From a virus (taxonomy: Duplodnaviria; Heunggongvirae; Uroviricota; Caudoviricetes): 64,000 nt of DNA. Positions 31,315 through 38,731 of this stretch are shown here, piece by piece (the stretch's first letter is position 1; every line of letters begins with the position of its first letter). The translations under genes were made by a program, and so were the position numbers. Location of the stretch: IMG/VR virus record IMGVR_UViG_3300042894_001948; one strand, 5' to 3'. The notes beneath the pieces were generated by a model. The model saw only the letters and a list, made by a program, of their open reading frames with translations. It was not told the DNA's origin and did not search any database.

Positions 31315-31343
31315 TTGCAGTAATGCATTTAATATAGTATAAT
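31315..31343 (+). promoter_or_regulatory. Sigma70-like promoter TTGCAG-N17-TATAAT
   Basis: TATAAT at 31338-31343 and TTGCAG at 31315-31320, upstream of the small membrane protein/SPFH pair. Confidence 0.5.
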
Positions 31344-31373
31344 ATGTTTTTATTTAATTACTAAGGAGCAACT

Positions 31374-31583
31374 ATGTTGTTAATTTATTTTAAGGTGCTA
31401 GCTGTATTATTATTCTTTCTACTACAGTTTATTTTTGTACTACCGTACTACATGTCATCAAACGAATGGTGGGAATTTACACTAGGTTGGTTTATTTTAT
31501 TAATCATTGATCCGATTGTAATTTACAAATTATGGAAGGATGCAGTTAAACCCGTTGACGAACTTTTTAAGGAGGTAAAATAA
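31374..31583 (+). CDS. Small two-TM membrane protein, translationally coupled (TAATG) to the SPFH gene
   Basis: Contains LAVLLFFLLQFIFVLPYY and FTLGWFILLIIDPIVIY. An AAGGAG RBS for the next gene lies inside its 3' end. Confidence 0.5.
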   Translation: MLLIYFKVLAVLLFFLLQFIFVLPYYMSSNEWWEFTLGWFILLIIDPIVIYKLWKDAVKPVDELFKEVK

Positions 31584-32434
31584 TGAATAAATTACTATTA
31601 GTTGCAGCAATGGCTACTGTACTTTCTGGCTGTTCAAATGTTAATGTAGGCGAAGTAGGCATTAAAGTACATTTACTAGGCGGTGATAAAGGTGTTGACA
31701 CTGAGCAATTAACTCCAGGACGTTATTGGATTGGTATAAATGAACAACTGTATACGTTCCCAACATTTATGCAAAACTATACATGGACAAGATCTCGTAA
31801 TGAAGGTCGTAACGAAGATGAGTCAATTACATTCCAAACTAAAGAAGGCCTGTCTGTAAACGCAGATATTGGTATTACTTACACATTACAACCAGATAAA
31901 ATTCCAGTGTTATTCCAAAAATATCGCAAAGGTATTGATGAAATCACACACGTTTATTTGCGTAATTTAGTGCGTGATGCAATTAACACTGAGTCATCTA
32001 CTAAGTCAATTGACTCTGTTTACGGTGAAGGTAAATCAGATTTAATTAAAGCTGCTGAACATCGTGTTCGTGCTGAAGTTGAATCATACGGTATTGTGTT
32101 AGATCACTTATCTTGGGTTGGTGATATTAGATTGCCAGAGACTGTAACTGCTGCAATTAATGAAAAGATTGGTGCATCGCAACAAGCAATCACACGTCAG
32201 AACCAAGTTGAAACTGCTAAAGCACAAGCTGCAATTGCTATTGCACAAGCAGATGGTGAAGCTCAAGCACGCCTACTCGTAGCTGAAGCTGAAGCTAAAG
32301 CTATTCATTTAAAAGGTGAGGCTGTTAAGAACAATCCAGGTGTAGCAGAACTTAATGCCATAGAAAAATGGAACGGTGTGTTACCTGTTACTATGTTACC
32401 AAACAGTTCAGTACCAATGATTGGAATAAAATGA
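31583..32434 (+). CDS. SPFH/band-7 (stomatin/YqiK-flotillin-like) lipoprotein
   Basis: Lipobox LSGC at the N-terminus. SPFH core, and a C-terminal Ala/Glu-rich coiled coil (…KAQAAIAIAQADGEAQARLLVAEAEAKAIHLKGEA…) typical of YqiK/flotillin-like proteins. Confidence 0.75.
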   Translation: MNKLLLVAAMATVLSGCSNVNVGEVGIKVHLLGGDKGVDTEQLTPGRYWIGINEQLYTFPTFMQNYTWTRSRNEGRNEDESITFQTKEGLSVNADIGITYTLQPDKIPVLFQKYRKGIDEITHVYLRNLVRDAINTESSTKSIDSVYGEGKSDLIKAAEHRVRAEVESYGIVLDHLSWVGDIRLPETVTAAINEKIGASQQAITRQNQVETAKAQAAIAIAQADGEAQARLLVAEAEAKAIHLKGEAVKNNPGVAELNAIEKWNGVLPVTMLPNSSVPMIGIK

Positions 32435-32862
32435 AAGCCAAGTTTAAACAGGCTTTTATGAAAACAGCTTATGTATTTGCGGAATTAAGTTCCGCAATTA
32501 AGCTTAAAGTTGGTGCTGTTGTAGTTAAAGACGATAGAATTATTAGTCTTGGCTACAATGGTACTCCTACGGGATGGGATAATGTATGCGAACTTGAAAT
32601 TATTAATTTTCAGGATGGATCTGTTCAACTTAAAACTAAATCAGAAGTTATTCATGCAGAAATGAATGCACTTATGAAACTAGCAAGTTCAACTGAATCT
32701 GGTAAAGGTGCAGCTATCTTTATTACCCATTCGCCTTGCATGGAATGTGCTAAAGGAATATATCAAACTGGTATAACTGAAGTATACTATACCGAAGCAT
32801 ATCGTAATGTAGATGGTATTGAATTTTTACAAAAATGTGGTATTACTGTTGAAAAACTATAA
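32431..32862 (+). CDS. dCMP deaminase (cytidine/deoxycytidylate deaminase family)
   Basis: Zinc-binding HAEMNAL and PCMECAK motifs. The likely start is the ATG at 32431 (MKAKFKQAF…), overlapping the SPFH stop. Confidence 0.8.
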   Translation: MKAKFKQAFMKTAYVFAELSSAIKLKVGAVVVKDDRIISLGYNGTPTGWDNVCELEIINFQDGSVQLKTKSEVIHAEMNALMKLASSTESGKGAAIFITHSPCMECAKGIYQTGITEVYYTEAYRNVDGIEFLQKCGITVEKL

Positions 32863-32900
32863 AAATAGCAGCTGAACTAGTCAGCTGCTAGTTCTATTTT
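32861..32900. terminator. Bidirectional terminator between convergent dCMP deaminase (+) and phoH (-)
   Basis: aaaaatAGCAGCTGAactagTCAGCTGCTagttctatttt. Confidence 0.6.
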
Positions 32901-32907
32901 AAAACTT

Positions 32908-33639
32908 CTAACTTTCCCCGTAGAGTGCTAAAACCTCCTTCACAGCACTATGTCGTTCAATATCCTTATGCGTAAAGTACGCAACCTCAATATGGCTTAA
33001 TGCCGTTTTATTTTTATCTAATCTATCGATAAACTCCAATAATCCGTTATCATGCAAGCGATCAGCTTGAGCTAAATCCCCTGTTACAACCATACGTGAA
33101 TTTTCCCCTAATCTAGTAAGAGCCATCTTCATTTGATTAGGTGTAGTATTTTGAGCCTCGTCAAAAATGATATAAGCATTTTTAAACGTTCTCCCTCTCA
33201 TATAACTTAGTGGACTGATTTCAATATCACCTTCAGCTAGAAATTTTGCAATATCTGTCTGATGGTAATACTCTCCGAATACATCAAAAATAGGTCTTGT
33301 CCATGGCGCCATCTTTTCATTTAATGTGCCTGGTAAGAACCCTAATTCTTCATCTACCGATACTGCTGGTCTAGTTACAATAATCTTATCTATTAACCCT
33401 TCTTGAAATAATTTAATCCCATTTTGAACTGCTAACATTGTTTTCCCTGTACCTGCCGGTCCAACTGCAAACACAATGCTAGTATCTTCATCTTGTAGCA
33501 TTGCGACATATTCTTTCTGACTTTGGTTTCGCGGGTTTAATGTTACGCTGTATCTTTTTGGTTTAATCAATTTTGGTTGTTGAAACTCAACTATGTTAAC
33601 TTGCGATGTGAAACGTTTTTGTACTCGTTTTTGGGCCAT
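32908..33639 (-). CDS. phoH: PhoH-like ATPase
   Basis: Walker A GPAGTGKT, …IIFDEAQN… Walker B, …VVTGDLAQADR…. The length (243 aa) is typical of phage PhoH. Confidence 0.85.
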   Translation of the reverse strand: MAQKRVQKRFTSQVNIVEFQQPKLIKPKRYSVTLNPRNQSQKEYVAMLQDEDTSIVFAVGPAGTGKTMLAVQNGIKLFQEGLIDKIIVTRPAVSVDEELGFLPGTLNEKMAPWTRPIFDVFGEYYHQTDIAKFLAEGDIEISPLSYMRGRTFKNAYIIFDEAQNTTPNQMKMALTRLGENSRMVVTGDLAQADRLHDNGLLEFIDRLDKNKTALSHIEVAYFTHKDIERHSAVKEVLALYGES

Positions 33640-33788
33640 ATAGTATAACTCCTAGATTGTGTTAGAATGGTAGTAACCACAGCGACATGACTACTACACA
33701 GTTATTTAATAGATCATATGCAAATATAAAGAAATACCGGTTGATTTTAAACCAGGATAAATAAGTGTAAACGTTTTAGGATATTATT

Positions 33789-34370
33789 ATGGCAACGGAT
33801 GTATTAGATATTATTAAAAACATTCAAACTCTATACGAGAACAATTCAAGTTTAGCAGTATTAAAAGACTTTGAACGAGTACTTGACGAATTAGATTTGT
33901 ATGTTTATAAAAATTGGGAAGATGGTGAATTGGCCTATGGTCCAAAAGTTGATCGGCATTGGATTACTGTTGGATTTATGTGGCCAAAAGATAAAATGCC
34001 CGATCCAGATGGCGGTAAACGATTAGTAGATCTAGGATGCAAAGTTAAGTATCAAAAATCTCATCTTATTGATCCTCGCCCAATTAAGTCACCAGACGAT
34101 ATACGCCCAGGTACTAAAAAAGGTAAATTAGACAGACATCCAATTTGGATTGTAGAAATGCAAATGCCAAAAAAATTAGCATTTGATATGTATAAAGGCT
34201 ATATGGATAAATTAAAAAATGAAAATAGAGAGACCGACACTGCACCGCAACAAGGAACACCTACTCCAGCAGCTCCAGCAGGTGCACCAGGTATGCCTCC
34301 AGCAGCTCCAGCAGGTGCACCAGGTATGCCTCCAGCAGGCGGCGGTATGCCTCCAGCAGCTCCAATGTAA
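33789..34370 (+). CDS. Hypothetical protein (193 aa) with a C-terminal PAAPAGAPGMPP tandem repeat
   Basis: Three copies of (PAAPAGAPGMPP)-like units at the C-terminus. The matching DNA repeat is 'ccagcagctccagcaggtgcaccaggtatgcct' x2-3. Confidence 0.55.
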   Translation: MATDVLDIIKNIQTLYENNSSLAVLKDFERVLDELDLYVYKNWEDGELAYGPKVDRHWITVGFMWPKDKMPDPDGGKRLVDLGCKVKYQKSHLIDPRPIKSPDDIRPGTKKGKLDRHPIWIVEMQMPKKLAFDMYKGYMDKLKNENRETDTAPQQGTPTPAAPAGAPGMPPAAPAGAPGMPPAGGGMPPAAPM

Positions 34371-34378
34371 GGATTACA

Positions 34379-35107
34379 ATGATTATTACAGAAAGGTTAC
34401 ACGCAAACGATCTTAAGAATTTAGTGAATCGGATTTTTGAAATTGATTCATATAAAAGTAAAATTGGAGATGATGAAGACGTTATTGTCTTATCATTTAC
34501 TGTTGATCACGAAGATCCTGCAAAAGATTTAGAAAATTTTGTTGAAATGGGCTACGACTTTGTATTAGATGCAGATGTTAGTCCAGGCGAAACAGATGAC
34601 GGAAATTATAAAGTTTTTATTGAAATTGAGCGCACTAGACATGCTCCTGAGATTATTTTAGAATTAATATCTGGTATTGAGAAATTAACAAGTATACCAG
34701 ATATGAAATTTAGATACTTTAAAAGTTTTAAGAGTTATGATGCAAATTTAAAGAACTTAACTAAACATATTCCTTGTAATCAAGAAGACTACGAAGAAGC
34801 AACTAAAAAACACGGGTTAGATAACTTTAGTAACTTCTTTAAAGAGAGTTTCTCAGAAGTTACAGTACTCGACGAATCAATTTCATTTAAAAATCAATGG
34901 AGTGATTCATTAAAATTTGATATTATTACTAGTGGACCTAAACAAACAGTTTATAACGAAATACAAGGTCCAATTGTGTTAGAAGGAAGTGCAATTGCAG
35001 AAGTAATGTACTTTACAAAACGCATTGGCAACTACAATATTACCAAAGTTGGTAATACATTTATATTTGAAAACAGCGGATGGGCTGTTGCATTGGAGAA
35101 AAAATAA
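34379..35107 (+). CDS. Hypothetical acidic protein (242 aa)
   Basis: ORF with tight spacing to its neighbours. No recognisable motif. Confidence 0.55.
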   Translation: MIITERLHANDLKNLVNRIFEIDSYKSKIGDDEDVIVLSFTVDHEDPAKDLENFVEMGYDFVLDADVSPGETDDGNYKVFIEIERTRHAPEIILELISGIEKLTSIPDMKFRYFKSFKSYDANLKNLTKHIPCNQEDYEEATKKHGLDNFSNFFKESFSEVTVLDESISFKNQWSDSLKFDIITSGPKQTVYNEIQGPIVLEGSAIAEVMYFTKRIGNYNITKVGNTFIFENSGWAVALEKK

Positions 35108-35727
35108 TGGCATTCACATTTACAGAAGCACACTTAGCAAAAATTATTCCAGGTAACTCATACATTTCAGAATGGTATGATGCGTTATCGTCTATCTTAC
35201 CAGAATACGATATTAACACACCAGAACGCGTCGCAGCATTCCTTGCGCAAACTGCACATGAAAGTGGTAACTACACTGCATTAAAAGAAAACTTGAACTA
35301 CAAAGCAGTTACCTTGCAAAAAGTATTTCCTAAATACTTTCCAAATGCAGCATTAGCAGAATCTTATGCAGGTAAACCAGAAAAAATTGCTAGCAAAGTG
35401 TACGGTGGACGTATGGGTAACGGTGACGAATCTACAGGCGAAGGATATAAATTCTGCGGACGTGGTCTTATTCAATTAACAGGTAAAGACAACTATACAC
35501 GTTTTTCTGAAAGCTTAGAAATGGATATTGATGAAGCTATTGAATACTTAGAAACATTTGAAGGCGCTGTGCAAAGTGCTTGTTGGTTTTGGGAAACTAA
35601 TAACTTAAATCAATGGGCTGACAAAGGTGACATTGTTACACTTACAAAACGTATTAATGGTGGCACTATTGGACTTGAAGATCGCAAACATCATTATGCT
35701 AACGCAATGAAAGTATTGAGTGCATAA
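35107..35727 (+). CDS. Endolysin, glycoside hydrolase family 19 (chitinase-like lysozyme)
   Basis: GH19 signature …RVAAFLAQTAHESGNYTALKE…KYGGRG.IQLTG..NY…. The start is taken at the ATG at 35107, preceded by GGAG. Confidence 0.8.
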   Translation: MAFTFTEAHLAKIIPGNSYISEWYDALSSILPEYDINTPERVAAFLAQTAHESGNYTALKENLNYKAVTLQKVFPKYFPNAALAESYAGKPEKIASKVYGGRMGNGDESTGEGYKFCGRGLIQLTGKDNYTRFSESLEMDIDEAIEYLETFEGAVQSACWFWETNNLNQWADKGDIVTLTKRINGGTIGLEDRKHHYANAMKVLSA

Positions 35728-36227
35728 TGTTTATCTTACATTTCCTCCCTGATTCATATTTACTTTGGGCGGTTAATACAATCCTGCTATTAGGTGCTAT
35801 CGGTACTATAGCAGGATTTTTTATTAAGTTCATTCCATTTTTAAATCATTACAAGCTATTGTTAAATATACTGTCAACATTTTTACTAGTTGTAGGAGTT
35901 TACTTTAAAGGTGGTTATGGTGTTGAAATGGAATGGCGTAACCGTGTAGCAGAACTTGAACAAAAAATAGCTGTAGCAGAAGCCCAATCAAAAGAGGTTA
36001 ATATCCAAATTGAAACTCGTGTAGTGGAAAAAGTAAAAGTTATTAAGGAAAAAGTATATGCAACCAAAAAAATTATTCAAGAACACAAAGAGATTATTAA
36101 TGCCAAATGTACTGTTCCTGATGTTGCAAGGGTGCTCTACAACAGTGCCGTTAACAATGAGCTTCCCGCAGGTACCTCCGTCCTTGATGGAGCCAGCACC
36201 AACGTTAAAGACATTATCTCAAACTAA
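35727..36227 (+). CDS. i-spanin (Rz-like), candidate
   Basis: N-terminal TM helix (WAVNTILLLGAIGTIAGFFIKFI…), then a coiled-coil periplasmic domain. It lies immediately after the endolysin (ATAATG overlap). Confidence 0.55.
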   Translation: MFILHFLPDSYLLWAVNTILLLGAIGTIAGFFIKFIPFLNHYKLLLNILSTFLLVVGVYFKGGYGVEMEWRNRVAELEQKIAVAEAQSKEVNIQIETRVVEKVKVIKEKVYATKKIIQEHKEIINAKCTVPDVARVLYNSAVNNELPAGTSVLDGASTNVKDIISN

Positions 36228-36357
36228 ACCAGAATTAAGTGATATATTAGACAATGCTAGTGAGAATTACGGTTCTTACTATGAGTTACGAGAACGATAT
36301 CTTGCCTGGCAAGATTGGTACAAACAACAAAAGAAAATATATGAGGACGTAAAATGA
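36058..36357 (+). CDS. o-spanin (Rz1-like) lipoprotein, starting inside the i-spanin gene in the +1 frame, candidate
   Basis: Signal peptide and lipobox (…VLFLMLQGCST…) followed by a Pro-rich periplasmic segment. The overlapped out-of-frame arrangement matches the classic Rz/Rz1 pattern. Confidence 0.55.
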   Translation: MQPKKLFKNTKRLLMPNVLFLMLQGCSTTVPLTMSFPQVPPSLMEPAPTLKTLSQTKPELSDILDNASENYGSYYELRERYLAWQDWYKQQKKIYEDVK

Positions 36358-36758
36358 AAAAAGTATTAGCAATTATTATACTTAGTATGCTATCCGGTTG
36401 TGCAGCAATGGATGCATATTTTATGGCTAAATTTGATGAAAATGAATATCAACTGATTAATGACGTTCGCAGTCTTTCTCAAATAAGCGCAGAATTTTGT
36501 GGTAATCAACAACAAATGGTTCCAATTGTAGATCGTATATATTTAAAAAGTATGGAATTTAAAAACTATGCTGAATTTATACCAGAAAACAAAGCAACTA
36601 TAAAACTATCGGAATCGTTAATGGATTTAACGGAGCCGTTGCATGTGCGGTATCATAAAACAGAAAAAATAAGTGAAGCTTATTGTAAACAGAAAATGGA
36701 TATTTTAACAAAAGCGGCAAGTACAATTGCCCAAACTATAGGGAGTAAACCACGATGA
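36354..36758 (+). CDS. Lipoprotein (134 aa)
   Basis: Lipobox …ILSMLSGCAAM…. ATGA overlap with the o-spanin stop. Confidence 0.5.
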   Translation: MKKVLAIIILSMLSGCAAMDAYFMAKFDENEYQLINDVRSLSQISAEFCGNQQQMVPIVDRIYLKSMEFKNYAEFIPENKATIKLSESLMDLTEPLHVRYHKTEKISEAYCKQKMDILTKAASTIAQTIGSKPR

Positions 36759-37024
36759 GTACACAAGATATTTTAAATAGTTTAAGCGGATACGACACTG
36801 TTAAAAGTCATGCTCTTGCAGATGCAGCAGCAGAACTTAAAGGATTAACTGAAGACTTTCAAAACGGTGTTATTAGTGCTTCTGAATATGAAGAATTGTT
36901 ACAAGACATTTCTACAACTGGCATTATTATTGAAGATGCAGCAGCACTTAGCGCACAAACTGAATTAAACAAAATTATAAACACTGCAATCACAATTGCA
37001 TCAACAGCAGCAAAAGCAATTTAA
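36755..37024 (+). CDS. Hypothetical protein (89 aa), Ala-rich helical
   Basis: ATGA overlap with the upstream gene. Confidence 0.45.
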   Translation: MSTQDILNSLSGYDTVKSHALADAAAELKGLTEDFQNGVISASEYEELLQDISTTGIIIEDAAALSAQTELNKIINTAITIASTAAKAI

Positions 37025-37039
37025 ATACAAGGAACGTAA

Positions 37040-37513
37040 ATGGAAGAAAATAAAGAGGATTTTATGACAAAATACTGGCGCCCAATGATGGCAATGACTT
37101 ACATGATTACATGTTTGTTTGACTTCGTATTAGGACCAATTTTATACAATATTTTACAATACTACAACCCCGGTCAAAACTTAGACATGTGGCAACCATT
37201 AACATTACAAGGTGGTGGTCTTTATCACATTGCAATGGGTGTTGTATTAGGTATTTCAGCTCACGGTCGTACACAAGAAAAAATTAACACACCAAGTTTA
37301 CCTGGAATGGGTAGTTTCATGCCGGCACCGCAAGAACCACCAGCTCCGGCTCCAGTTTATGCACCTGCACCGGCTCCAGTTTATGCACCAGCACCTGCAC
37401 CGGTATATGTACCGCCAGCACCTGCTCCAGCACCAGTAGTTGAAGAAGCTCCTGCACCTGTTAGAAAAAGACCGATGGCAAAACCAATTCCAAAATCAGA
37501 TGAACCAATTTAA
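37040..37513 (+). CDS. Two-TM membrane protein with a Pro-rich PAPAPVYA tandem repeat tail (holin candidate)
   Basis: TM1 MAMTYMITCLFDFVLGPILY, TM2 LYHIAMGVVLGISAHG. Then PAPAPVYAPAPAPVYAPAPAPVYVPPAPAPAPV. It sits adjacent to the lysis cassette. Confidence 0.45.
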   Translation: MEENKEDFMTKYWRPMMAMTYMITCLFDFVLGPILYNILQYYNPGQNLDMWQPLTLQGGGLYHIAMGVVLGISAHGRTQEKINTPSLPGMGSFMPAPQEPPAPAPVYAPAPAPVYAPAPAPVYVPPAPAPAPVVEEAPAPVRKRPMAKPIPKSDEPI

Positions 37514-37522
37514 GGAAACATT

Positions 37523-37759
37523 ATGAAAAAACTTTTATCATTAATTATTATTGGCATGTTAGCAGCTTCACCAGTTGCATATGCTAATCATGAAGAAGGC
37601 CATGTAGGCCCAACTACTAAAGAAGTTTGCAAAACTGTAAAAGGTAAGAAACAATGCAAAACTATCAAAGTTCATAAGAAATTTGAAGGTAAAAAAGTTC
37701 CACCTAAAAAAGCAGTTGTGAAACCAACTCCAAAAAAAGTAGTTAAAAAACACAAATAA
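37523..37759 (+). CDS. Small secreted lysine-rich protein (78 aa)
   Basis: N-terminal signal peptide MKKLLSLIIIGMLAASPVAYA. The mature part is K/V-rich with two Cys. Confidence 0.5.
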   Translation: MKKLLSLIIIGMLAASPVAYANHEEGHVGPTTKEVCKTVKGKKQCKTIKVHKKFEGKKVPPKKAVVKPTPKKVVKKHK

Positions 37760-37768
37760 TCAAAATCT

Positions 37769-37797
37769 TGACAGGTCAGTTATTGTATAGTATAATT
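37769..37797 (+). promoter_or_regulatory. Consensus sigma70 promoter TTGACA-N17-TATAAT upstream of dnaJ
   Basis: TTGACA at 37769-37774 and TATAAT at 37792-37797. It is embedded in a larger inverted repeat (AGGTCAGTT … AACTGACCT). Confidence 0.65.
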
Positions 37798-37833
37798 ACT
37801 GTACAAACTGACCTTTTTTATGAGAAATTAACC

Positions 37834-38673
37834 ATGACAGACTTTTATTCAAAATTAGGTGTGTCCAAAGACGCATCACAAGACGATATTAAAAAAGCAT
37901 ATCGTTCATTAGCTAACAAGCACCATCCGGACAAAGGTGGAGACCAGGCAACATTTAAAGATATATCAGTAGCATATGATACGTTAAGTGATCCACAAAA
38001 ACGCCAAGAATACGATATGCAACAAAATAGCAATCCATTTGGAGGATTCCACGGCGGAGGACAACATTTCCACTTTGATATGAATGACATGTTTGGCCAA
38101 CATGCACATTTTACAAATATGTTTGGAAATGGATTTAGACAGCAACAACGAAATAGAGATTTAAATCTACAAGTACAAGTAACGCTGGTTGAATCGTACA
38201 ATGGAAAACAAGTTGATGCAACATTTAATATGCCAAGTGGACGACCACAAACCGTAACAATAAACGTTCCGGCTGGTATTGATCACGGTGATACTATTAG
38301 ATATAACGGGTTAGGAGATGATTCTATTCCTAATATACAAAGAGGAAACCTTAATGTAACTGTTCATGTTATTCCTGATCCTAATTTTAGAAGAGAAGGC
38401 AACGATGTATACACAACGTTGCATATTTCACCAATTGAAGCAATGATCGGGTGTATCAAAGACGTTAAGACTATTACAGGCAACACTATTCAAGTAACAA
38501 TTAGACCAGGTGTCGAAACAGGCACAGAGTTTGCTAAAGCAGGTGCCGGTTTTACAAATCTACACAGCAAACAAACTGGAAGATTTGTTACGGTTATTAA
38601 AATTGCTCCGTGTTTAGTAACAGATCCAGCATTAGTAGCACAATTGCAGCAAATACAAAGCCAACTTGCTTGA
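37834..38673 (+). CDS. dnaJ: DnaJ-family co-chaperone (J domain plus C-terminal substrate-binding domain; no zinc-finger repeat seen)
   Basis: J-domain DFYSKLGVSKDASQDDIKKAYRSLANKHHPDKGGD with the HPD tripeptide. The C-terminal beta-rich region resembles DnaJ_C. The start is taken at the ATG at 37834. Confidence 0.8.
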   Translation: MTDFYSKLGVSKDASQDDIKKAYRSLANKHHPDKGGDQATFKDISVAYDTLSDPQKRQEYDMQQNSNPFGGFHGGGQHFHFDMNDMFGQHAHFTNMFGNGFRQQQRNRDLNLQVQVTLVESYNGKQVDATFNMPSGRPQTVTINVPAGIDHGDTIRYNGLGDDSIPNIQRGNLNVTVHVIPDPNFRREGNDVYTTLHISPIEAMIGCIKDVKTITGNTIQVTIRPGVETGTEFAKAGAGFTNLHSKQTGRFVTVIKIAPCLVTDPALVAQLQQIQSQLA

Positions 38674-38697
38674 CATTATTATAAAATAGTGTATAAT
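38670..38697 (+). promoter_or_regulatory. Sigma70 promoter TTGACA-N16-TATAAT upstream of the ClpA-like gene
   Basis: TTGACA at 38670-38675 and TATAAT at 38692-38697. GGAG RBS before the ATG at 38732. Confidence 0.6.
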
Positions 38698-38731
38698 ATA
38701 ACTTTATTTACAACTACAAGGAGCTACTACT

